Shown one piece after another: positions 36,845-45,260 of a stretch of 64,000 bases of DNA. Made by a program: the position numbers and the translations under genes. The notes under the pieces are model-generated. The model worked only from the letters and a program-made list of their open reading frames with translations. It did not search any database and was not told the origin of the DNA. Numbering within the stretch: the stretch's first letter is position 1; every line of letters begins with the position of its first letter. The stretch comes from Candidatus Omnitrophota bacterium (GTDB taxonomy: Bacteria; Omnitrophota; Gorgyraeia; Duberdicusellales; 4484-171), in contig JAAEQW010000090.1 of NCBI GenBank assembly GCA_024231025.1, positions 21,490 through 85,489 of the forward strand, in the 5' to 3' direction.

Positions 36845-37088
36845 AAGCGGATAGCACTGCTTGCTGAAGAGCTTCGCGAACCGAATCGGTTAAAGGAAAA
36901 ACACTGTTATACCATTTACCATCTTTGCCTTGCTCACGCGGTACACCTACAAACAAACCGTTCTTACCATCAACTACACGAAATCCCTTCACTAAAAATT
37001 CATCTGAAATAGAAACATCGCACATAGCTTTTGTCGCTCCTTTTCCGTCAAGTTTGTGAAATTTTGTTACCTTGAAATTCAAAACCAT
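36825..37088 (-). CDS. spoVG: SpoVG family nucleic-acid-binding protein
   Basis: KA...FLVKGFRVVDGKNGLFVGVP...DGKW...P. Confidence 0.88.
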   Translation of the reverse strand: MVLNFKVTKFHKLDGKGATKAMCDVSISDEFLVKGFRVVDGKNGLFVGVPREQGKDGKWYNSVFPLTDSVREALQQAVLSAYENSKD

Positions 37089-37405
37089 CTCGCACCTCCT
37101 TTGTTTTCACTTAATAAAAGAAACATCCTATCCAGAAATAACACATTCTATGACATTTGTCAAGGAAATATAACATTTTTTTGTCAGATAACAGGTAACG
37201 GAGGTACCTTTTGCAAGTATTCCAATGCGAAGAAGTTATAAGCTTAACCTCGCAATTAAAAATATAGATGTGTTTTTGCATGGATACGGCTTAAAAGAAA
37301 ATTTCTTTTAAACGTATAGGTTATTGGGAATCAACTTGTTGCAAAGGGTATCTCTAATTTGAAAGGATTTGGGTGAGTTCGTCTTCGCAATTATTAAAAA
37401 AGTGA

Positions 37406-37807
37406 TTACGTAGTGGTTGAAGATATTTTGGGTAAAACAAAATCTCGAATTTGTTTAGCCATTTCAATACTTGCAATAGCTTCTTTGCTGGTGGGAATAT
37501 AAAAATCATCGGGGTATCTTACTTCAACGGCAAAAAATGATAAATTACCCACGCTAAGGTTGAGGAATTCTTTATTTTCTTTCGCACAAAGTTCAATTAA
37601 ATATTCCAAATTATGGGTTTTTCCAAAATCTACGGCTTTAAAAACTAAATAGGCTTTCAGATATTTTTCAATAGCTTGCTGACAATGAAAACATATCGCC
37701 TCTGTAACCCGCTGTTTTTCTTCTATGGCATTCTCATGCTCAGCTACCTTCAAATCATTATCAGCTTTATCAACCCATCTTTTCAAATATTCCTGCTTAC
37801 CTGTCAC
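37406..37807 (-). CDS. HEPN domain protein
   Basis: KADNDL, CFHCQQAIEKYLKA, KTHNL, RYP. Confidence 0.92.
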   Translation of the reverse strand: MTGKQEYLKRWVDKADNDLKVAEHENAIEEKQRVTEAICFHCQQAIEKYLKAYLVFKAVDFGKTHNLEYLIELCAKENKEFLNLSVGNLSFFAVEVRYPDDFYIPTSKEAIASIEMAKQIRDFVLPKISSTTT

Positions 37808-38115
37808 AAGACTACTCCTTCGCCTAAAGCATTCCGCACGATACTACCTGGCTTGTCTTTCAAATACTCAATATCGTCTTTGTCTTTCACAACAACATCA
37901 GCATCAATAAGATCACCGGCAAATTTTTTACGTAAAAGTGTAGCCAGCCGAATTTTTTCAGTTATCGAGATATGCCCAGAAAGAATTAACAATAGATCAA
38001 AATCGCTATATCTTGTCTGGTCACCCCTGGCCCTCGAACCAAAAAGAATAACCTTATCATAATCAACCGCGGCTAAAGATTTTAAAATTTTCGTTTTTAA
38101 CTCTTTCGATACCAT
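37804..38115 (-). CDS. Minimal nucleotidyltransferase (MNT) antitoxin
   Basis: ILFGSRARGD...SDFDLL; overlaps the HEPN gene. Confidence 0.92.
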   Translation of the reverse strand: MVSKELKTKILKSLAAVDYDKVILFGSRARGDQTRYSDFDLLLILSGHISITEKIRLATLLRKKFAGDLIDADVVVKDKDDIEYLKDKPGSIVRNALGEGVVL

Positions 38116-38193
38116 ATTCCACCTCTAATTAGTAACATTATATCATGTTCCTTAACGAATCCAACTATGAATCTCAAAGAACTCAAAGAACTT

Positions 38194-41100
38194 TTACCGC
38201 TCAACCGGCAAAAGCATCTGGGTGAGTTCGCTTGAGGAGATGTCTTCGATTGAGGTAACGGTGAAGATTAATCCTTCATAGCTAAACGTAGGGGCGCCGC
38301 TTGTCTGCGCCCGCTTCACAAAAACCCCCTCCCCTTCGGTTTGGAGGTTGAAGTTTTTGCGTAGCATGTCGATGCCACCGACACCACCATTATTCTCAGG
38401 AAAAGTAACTTCATAGACATACCCCGAAAAACGTAAACTTCTCCTGCAATCTACATAATGTTGCCTTTCTATTTTAACACCTTCATATTCCGGTTGGCTT
38501 AACAATTCTTTTATCAAACTATCGACCTTTTTAAATTCCGTGCTTAAGCCATAGGTTCCAGCTACAATTTTTCCTCCTGGCTTCACTACCCTTAAAGCCT
38601 CCTCTAGTACCTCCTTAGGGTGGGATACCGGAAACAGATCAGAGAGAACACCAGTTGAGGTCATCACAACATCTTGACTATGATCGGCTAACTCTTTCGA
38701 CTTAGACCTTTCTCCCGCTGAAAATTCACCTAAAATGTGCTTAATCTCTCCTTTCAATTCCTTTCTAAAAAAAGGCTTCTTTAAAAAGATATCAGCAGCA
38801 TCTTTACTCATTAAATGCGCTCGAGGGTCTAAACTGTACGCAATATAATCAATCTCTAAAGTTGATGTAACTACCCCTAAACAACCTAAAGGATAGGTAC
38901 CATCTATCCCAACATCAACAACTGAATCACCACTTTTTAATCCGAGCCCATTTAAAAAACTAACTACCTCCTTCCAATCATCTCCCCCCTTTATGCGCTT
39001 AAATCTTCGGATTGCAAAATCATCTTTGGTTCGTTTTTTAATAATCACACCCTTAGGTTCCTCCTGCCTGGATGAACCGCCCCGGGAATGGATTGCTGCT
39101 GGTGGCTTAAGTGGTCTCTTGCCTTTCTTGGGCTTGCCGTTACCCACACCTGGCGCTTGGAGAAAATCACCCCGCCAAGGTTTGCCTGAAATTCGTCGAC
39201 CAGCATCAGCCGGAGCAGGCAAACCTTCATTTTCAAGTTTCAAGAACTGATCCTTTATCTCCTCGCTCATAACCTTAAGGTATTCAGGCTGATTGAATAT
39301 CCAGTGACTAGCGCCTTCAATTACTATCTTTACGGTCTCTATCTCTTCGCCCTTGCTGTTATGAAATTTCCTATCCTCTATCTGATAGGGAAATCGAAGT
39401 TCACCAGAAATGCTAATAATTCTTCTTAAATGTGGATTGTCTATAATCTTTTTTGCCTTATTCAACATCACCCCTTCTATTGCAACGATAGTTGAAACTG
39501 GATATTTTTCTTGCTCAATCGCCTGAATCCATAAATCAAAACCAGCGCTATAGGCAACAGGAATAAATGGTTTTTCAGATAGTTGTTTAGGTATTTTTTC
39601 AGTTATTTCTCTCACCAGCTGCTTGCGCTTAAAAAGGTATCTATGAATATCTAAGACTCGCCTAATTTCTTTAAATATCGCGTTTTTCGGCCATTTCTCG
39701 CTTCGTTCAAACAGCGAAACACTATACACCTCTTTTGCTTGATTTGCTAATAGCTTGAAAAAACCTTCCATATATTCTGGCAATCCACTCCCCCAATTTT
39801 CCACCCCATTCGAAACCACAAAAGGCGAAGAACTATTGGTTAAAGAAAAACCAGAACCGTCCGTTTTATTGATTTCATAAATATATCCATTAAAATCTAA
39901 CCCTTCTCTATAATTAACATAATTTGGTTCTCCCACCCTAATACCTTCGTATTCCGGTTGGCTTAGTATCCTTTTTATCAATCTCTCAACTCTTTCGAGT
40001 TCAGGTTTCATGCCATAAGTTCCTGCTACAATTTTCCCTCCTGACTTCACTACCCTTAAAGCTTCCCTTAGCGCCTCTTCGGGATTGGAATCCGGTGCCG
40101 GATCAGAAAAAACACCAGTTAGGGTTATCACAACATCTTGACTATGATCGGCTAACTCTTTTGACTTAGACCTTTCTCCCGCTGAAAATTCACCTAAAAC
40201 ATATTTAATTTTTCCTTTCAATTCTTTTCTAACCAAAGGATTCTCTAAGAACATTTCGGCAATATTTTCACTTTTTTCATGCGGTCCACGCTGCAATCCA
40301 TACCCCACATAATTAATTCCTAAGCTTGACACGACTAACCCTAAATAACCCGAGAAATGAACCCCCTCAACCCCAACATTAGTAATTGAATCACCGTTTT
40401 TTACTCCTAACTTATTTAATAATCCAACCGCTTCTTGCCATGCCCTTTCGCTTTTTATATTATTAAATATTCCCAAATCCTCAAGATCCTCTGCAGTCGG
40501 TTTATCCGCAATCGCACCATCAATCTCTTTAATCGGCATAATTATAGTAAATGTTGTGCCGTGGTTTTGGGAATCTTCTTCAATATGGCGGCTTTTGACA
40601 TTGATTGTTGCGCCTAAATCATCGATAAGCTCTTTAACTATTGATAAGCCAATTCCGGTACCAAGATTACCTTTGGTAGTTTTGCCTTCTTGAAAGATCC
40701 AGCCATCTTTTAGTTTATCTTCAAAGATACCAATACCATTATCGGTGATTGAAATGATTACGTTATTATCGGTTTGTTTTACACTTGCGCTAACTTCCCC
40801 CTGATAAGGCTCATCCTTGATTTGCTCACACTCCCTAGTCGCATACGCAGCATTATCAAATAAGTTGCTCCAAATAAAATCAAGCTGGATTGCGTTAGCC
40901 TCCATCTGGACACTGTCATTACGCGACATTTGCCAATCAACCTTTTTGTAAATATTGCGATACCTCTCTAACGCACTATACAGAGATTCCCCGACACCTA
41001 CTATTTTCATTTCGGCAGAGTCGTCAATGGCATCTTTTAGATCTTCTAGAGCATCCAAAGCACCTTGCCCTCTTCGTCTGACCTCCAGTATGGTATCGAT

Positions 41101-44100
41101 CATTTCATCCAACTTTCTATCCAACTTCTTATCATCACTACCAGCTAAGTCACCTTTAATCAATTGAAGAAAATTAATTACTTCTTCTTTCGAATCTATT
41201 ATTTCCTCTAATTGCGTAATTAAATCTACGACTATTGCGTAAACTAAAGATGGGAAATCTAACCTCACAGTTAAGTTGAATATGGCAAAGGTAGAGGCAT
41301 CGACGATGTTTCTGAGATTTGTTTTTAATCTTTCACTTTTTCTCGATAATTTTTCCCCTAATTCAATCCTTTTATCATCTTTATTTTCGCTTTCCCTTAA
41401 CTTTTCCAATACCGAATCAATAAGTCCAAAATCAAAAACACTAGGCATTATTCCATGTGAGTACGATTTTAGACCGATTTTATCAATTAACGCCTTAATC
41501 GTTGTCGGTGGATTAGGATAACCTTTTGATTTTAACTCAAGCCTGCTTAAGATAATCAAATAATCTATGCTATCCTCTGAAGATGTTGTTACAGCTTCTT
41601 CCTGATCGTACATATATTTAAAATAAATTAAGTACTTTTTAAGATAATCTTTCTCCTGCTCATCTAACTTTCGCTCACTTGAAATCTCACGTAATTTTTC
41701 CAGATTAATAATGCGTTCTTTTATAAGATAATAACTTTTTACTCTTTCAAATTGCTCCTTTACATAAACCATATCATCATCGATAGGATGTTTGGGGTAG
41801 AGTTCTTCCATGTAAGTAATTAAATCCTGCAAGCCGCTTTTCTCTTTGTCAGCTTCCCAATCATCCTGATAACCATCGGGAATATTTTCAAAAACATACC
41901 CCATAATCTTTGCTAAACTATAAATGTCCCAAGAAGGATAACGAGGGTAAAACCTTAATCCACTCGGAATAAAACTATCCATCCCTGAGCGCCTAGGCAT
42001 TGCACCAATCGGCGCAACGAATTGAGGATCAATCATTCCAACTCGCCTTTCTTGATTAACGATTATATTGCGCGGATTAACATCACCAACAACAAGCTTT
42101 TGTTTGTGAACGTTTTCGCAAAAGCTGAGAACTTTGGCAAAAACATCAATTTGTTCAACAACAGAAAAACTACCAAAAATCTCTCCCACCTCAAACCAGC
42201 TATCAACAACTTGATAACCTTCTATTTTAATTACCTTTTTTCCAATTTGTTGACCACCAGAGATATTCTCCTCAGTCATCTGAAGATTACCATCTTCATC
42301 AACACCCGCTCCTTCTTTTTTTAACTGTGAAAACCCCGGCATATCGAGTTGATTAAATTTGACCAGAGTTCTTAACTCGCGCATATTCATTTTATTTTCT
42401 AATGCCAGGATGCTTTCGCCTTCTTTCCTATATCCACCACCAGAAACTTTACAAAAAATTGCATCATCATCAGAAAGAGAATAAATAGTAGAATACCCTC
42501 CAACACCTAACACAGACCTACCTAACGTATTGACAATTGCATTGGTAAAGTACGGGCTAAGTAGCGGATCGTTTTTTATTGCATCTAGATAATATTGCCG
42601 AACTTGTGCAGCGCTTGTGTGAACCGGCAATGGTTCATGCTCTGAGAAAGTATACTTTATCGCAGCAGTTTCTTCTTTAGTAAGTTGTGGCGTTTTTAAA
42701 GAAGGGAAATTATCCAAAATGGTCCAAAGCCCTCTCGCACTTATGCTTTTAAAATAATCCGGTAAGTAATACCTGCTATCGTCTTCGCAAACCATTCCTA
42801 CATCTGATAAGATTTGTAGTGAATTATTTACCCCTTTATCATGTCCGATCGCTACCATTTCACGCTCAAACCCTTCAAGCGTTTTAGCCTTATCTTTAAA
42901 GATTTTATTCCTCATCATATACCCTAAAAGAACATCCGGAGTCACTTCCAAAATGGAATCAGAAACCGACCCACCACGGGGATGGTTTGCTGCTGGTGGC
43001 TTAAGTGGTCTTTTGCCTTTTTTGGGCTTGCCGTTGCGCGCACCTGGCGCTTGGGGAGAATCCCCTCGCCGAGGTTTACCTGAAACTCGAGGGCGAGATT
43101 CAAGAGAAATAGAACCGTTCCTATTTTCATCAACTGTTCGGCCAGAAGCAATAATTCTTTTGGCTTTGGTGGCAGAAAACATGCCAGAAGCAACGGCATC
43201 GCTAATATTTTGTGCGACTTTCAAGTTGTTCGGTAAAGAAATAAAATTGCACCCTCCGGAGAAATATTTTCGGTTGATGCGTTTGTGAGTTGTTGGGTCG
43301 CGTTCGGGTTTTATGTAATTGTAGACGCCTTTTTTGTAGGCTTCGACGTAAAGATTATAGATTTTATCTTTGGCGCCTTTGCCTTCTAGGTCAATGCCTT
43401 TTATTTTGCCTTGATCGATGTAATGTTGATAGAAGGTATCTTTGAACTTCTCTTTGAACCATACCGCAAGGATTAGGGAATGATAGATTTGACGCAAGCG
43501 TGCGAAATTCTTCCCGTGATTTACGTCGTGGGATATTTTAGGAAGGATTGTTTCGCGCATCAGGCGAGATGTTATTTCATTTACTTCCGGGGACACGTAC
43601 CGATCCCCGACTACGTCGGGACTTCCGGTACATGTCCCCGTCCGATCCGGTACATGTCCCCGTGCAACATAATCGTCCTCAAGCATTACCTTCATCGTGG
43701 CTTCGGTGATATAGGCGACATCTTTATTTTCATAGACTACGCTTTTATCGGGCGTGATCCAAACCTTGTTAAAGGCGTTGATGGATAAATCAGAGACGCA
43801 AAGTTTTGCGTCTCTACAGTCTTCATAAACCTTTTCCCAATAATCTTTTCCGGTTTCACTCTCTGGATAAGTTAAAGAAGACAAAAGCTGCTTCAGAATA
43901 TAATCCTGACCCAACAGATCCTTTCCTAGATCGGTTAGGCTCAAATCATCTGGAGCAACTCTTGTCTTTTCGTAGGGAGACAAGTTAACCCACAATTCCT
44001 CTTCAGGAAGGGTCAAACCTGCCAAAAAATACCGGATAAGACGGCTTGCTTCCTCTTGGTTAATATCTTCCTGATTAGCGGTGTCAACGATAAATTCAAT

Positions 44101-44367
44101 ATTTAGAGGATTCTCAGGGTCAAAGCGCAACCCTTTCAATACAGAGTAAGAATAATCCTGGGATAACGGAAGTAACTTAGTTGGAGATGGTAAATTATAC
44201 GCATGAGCGTGACTTATCGCGCCCTTGCCCTTAAGGCGCAGCAATCCCGGCAACCTGCCCCGATCGAATAGTCGGGGAATCGCTGCCGCCAATATTGCTA
44301 CCGCCACAAAAACAGCAATTACCCGAAAAGGTACAGACCCCTTCCTTAATGTAATTTTTCGAATCAC
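38194..44367 (-). CDS. Giant multidomain protein 2 (about 2057 aa): conserved N-domain, protein-kinase-like domain, HATPase_c, two methyltransferase-like domains, alpha/beta-hydrolase-like domain, GGID C-tail
   Basis: Start moved to GTG 44367 (GGGAG RBS); LGVGGYS/GDVNPRN/DIYSL; NLFDNA/ITDNGIG/GTGIGL; RVVKPGG twice; AYSAG; GGIDM. Confidence 0.87.
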   Translation of the reverse strand: MIRKITLRKGSVPFRVIAVFVAVAILAAAIPRLFDRGRLPGLLRLKGKGAISHAHAYNLPSPTKLLPLSQDYSYSVLKGLRFDPENPLNIEFIVDTANQEDINQEEASRLIRYFLAGLTLPEEELWVNLSPYEKTRVAPDDLSLTDLGKDLLGQDYILKQLLSSLTYPESETGKDYWEKVYEDCRDAKLCVSDLSINAFNKVWITPDKSVVYENKDVAYITEATMKVMLEDDYVARGHVPDRTGTCTGSPDVVGDRYVSPEVNEITSRLMRETILPKISHDVNHGKNFARLRQIYHSLILAVWFKEKFKDTFYQHYIDQGKIKGIDLEGKGAKDKIYNLYVEAYKKGVYNYIKPERDPTTHKRINRKYFSGGCNFISLPNNLKVAQNISDAVASGMFSATKAKRIIASGRTVDENRNGSISLESRPRVSGKPRRGDSPQAPGARNGKPKKGKRPLKPPAANHPRGGSVSDSILEVTPDVLLGYMMRNKIFKDKAKTLEGFEREMVAIGHDKGVNNSLQILSDVGMVCEDDSRYYLPDYFKSISARGLWTILDNFPSLKTPQLTKEETAAIKYTFSEHEPLPVHTSAAQVRQYYLDAIKNDPLLSPYFTNAIVNTLGRSVLGVGGYSTIYSLSDDDAIFCKVSGGGYRKEGESILALENKMNMRELRTLVKFNQLDMPGFSQLKKEGAGVDEDGNLQMTEENISGGQQIGKKVIKIEGYQVVDSWFEVGEIFGSFSVVEQIDVFAKVLSFCENVHKQKLVVGDVNPRNIIVNQERRVGMIDPQFVAPIGAMPRRSGMDSFIPSGLRFYPRYPSWDIYSLAKIMGYVFENIPDGYQDDWEADKEKSGLQDLITYMEELYPKHPIDDDMVYVKEQFERVKSYYLIKERIINLEKLREISSERKLDEQEKDYLKKYLIYFKYMYDQEEAVTTSSEDSIDYLIILSRLELKSKGYPNPPTTIKALIDKIGLKSYSHGIMPSVFDFGLIDSVLEKLRESENKDDKRIELGEKLSRKSERLKTNLRNIVDASTFAIFNLTVRLDFPSLVYAIVVDLITQLEEIIDSKEEVINFLQLIKGDLAGSDDKKLDRKLDEMIDTILEVRRRGQGALDALEDLKDAIDDSAEMKIVGVGESLYSALERYRNIYKKVDWQMSRNDSVQMEANAIQLDFIWSNLFDNAAYATRECEQIKDEPYQGEVSASVKQTDNNVIISITDNGIGIFEDKLKDGWIFQEGKTTKGNLGTGIGLSIVKELIDDLGATINVKSRHIEEDSQNHGTTFTIIMPIKEIDGAIADKPTAEDLEDLGIFNNIKSERAWQEAVGLLNKLGVKNGDSITNVGVEGVHFSGYLGLVVSSLGINYVGYGLQRGPHEKSENIAEMFLENPLVRKELKGKIKYVLGEFSAGERSKSKELADHSQDVVITLTGVFSDPAPDSNPEEALREALRVVKSGGKIVAGTYGMKPELERVERLIKRILSQPEYEGIRVGEPNYVNYREGLDFNGYIYEINKTDGSGFSLTNSSSPFVVSNGVENWGSGLPEYMEGFFKLLANQAKEVYSVSLFERSEKWPKNAIFKEIRRVLDIHRYLFKRKQLVREITEKIPKQLSEKPFIPVAYSAGFDLWIQAIEQEKYPVSTIVAIEGVMLNKAKKIIDNPHLRRIISISGELRFPYQIEDRKFHNSKGEEIETVKIVIEGASHWIFNQPEYLKVMSEEIKDQFLKLENEGLPAPADAGRRISGKPWRGDFLQAPGVGNGKPKKGKRPLKPPAAIHSRGGSSRQEEPKGVIIKKRTKDDFAIRRFKRIKGGDDWKEVVSFLNGLGLKSGDSVVDVGIDGTYPLGCLGVVTSTLEIDYIAYSLDPRAHLMSKDAADIFLKKPFFRKELKGEIKHILGEFSAGERSKSKELADHSQDVVMTSTGVLSDLFPVSHPKEVLEEALRVVKPGGKIVAGTYGLSTEFKKVDSLIKELLSQPEYEGVKIERQHYVDCRRSLRFSGYVYEVTFPENNGGVGGIDMLRKNFNLQTEGEGVFVKRAQTSGAPTFSYEGLIFTVTSIEDISSSELTQMLLPVER
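43588..43662. mobile_element. 75-bp MITE/REP-like element inserted in frame in giant gene 2
   Basis: CGGGGACACGTACCG at the left end and CGGTACATGTCCCCG twice (43626, 43648); same termini as 19412-19486. Confidence 0.7.
43792..43817. repeat. GTAG-type REP-like palindrome in frame in giant gene 2
   Basis: Minus strand GTAGAGACGCAAAACTTTGCGTCTCT encoding CRDAKLCVS. Confidence 0.7.
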
Positions 44368-44537
44368 AATTTGTCTCCCTACAAATAAAAAAGCATGGAT
44401 CTCGCCTCCCCAGGCATAAATCCATGCTTCCCTAATATATACCATTTTTTATATATAAAATCAAGGTAAGCGACAATCAGGGGCACTCTTTGTAACTACC
44501 TGAACATGAAGAGGTTATAGGTCTAAATTATAATTTG

Positions 44538-45260
44538 TTATATTTTCTCGAGGCAGGCATCCGACACCCATGCTACTTTACCATCGCTACGTTTTAACTT
44601 ATACCACCCTTGCTTATGGTCAAGAATTAAGACTTTTTGACCCTCGTAAAGGGTAAAATGAGTTGTTGCCATATCAAGTGGTTCAAACTTAGCTTGCACG
44701 TCTGAAGAAATTACCACTGCCTGGCTATTTAAAAATTCAAGCTTTGCCTTAAGCAAAAACGATCCACCAAATAAAATAATTACCAAAATCACAGCAGTAA
44801 AAATAAATCTAAATCGATTTACCTTATTAATAAAGCAAAAAGCTAATGCGCAAACTAAAGCAATAAAAACAAAAGAAAGAAAAACGCTTACCCCATCAAT
44901 GGGAAAATCACCAATTACCCTCATAAACCAAGGCTTCCGCTCAGTAACATTATGCTTTAATAACGATGATACATAATTATAATTTGCCACCAGATCAGCA
45001 TCATGCGGCATAATTCGCTTTGCCCTCTCATAATATAACACCGCCTTAGCCAATTTGCCTTGCTTAACATAGCAATTACCGATATTATAATGAAGATTAC
45101 CACTCACTTTTTTGAGGCTCAATATCTTTTGATATTCTAACAGTGCCTTAGAGTATTGACCTTGAGCATAAAAATCATTTCCACGCTGAAAATCACCTCT
45201 CTCTTGGGCATAACCGCTTAATACCGCAAAAAACAATATAAGTATAAAAATCTTTTTCAT
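44538..45260 (-). CDS. batE: BatE-like TPR and SH3 protein
   Basis: FQRGNDFYAQGQY, YNIGNCY, LYYERA TPRs; C-terminal SH3b (LYEGQKV...W...WV). Confidence 0.85.
   Translation of the reverse strand: MKKIFILILFFAVLSGYAQERGDFQRGNDFYAQGQYSKALLEYQKILSLKKVSGNLHYNIGNCYVKQGKLAKAVLYYERAKRIMPHDADLVANYNYVSSLLKHNVTERKPWFMRVIGDFPIDGVSVFLSFVFIALVCALAFCFINKVNRFRFIFTAVILVIILFGGSFLLKAKLEFLNSQAVVISSDVQAKFEPLDMATTHFTLYEGQKVLILDHKQGWYKLKRSDGKVAWVSDACLEKI

Noticed and set aside
42942-43199. Alternative-frame ORFs over the duplicated linker (also 39045-39236)
   Set aside because: The two copies differ at fewer residues in the giant's frame than in the alternative frame, so selection appears to act on the giant protein
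44384-44430. Hairpin GCATGGAT...ATCCATGC read as the coding N-terminus of giant 2
   Set aside because: A better start (GTG 44367 with a GGGAG RBS) places it in the 5' UTR; there is too little evidence to call a riboswitch
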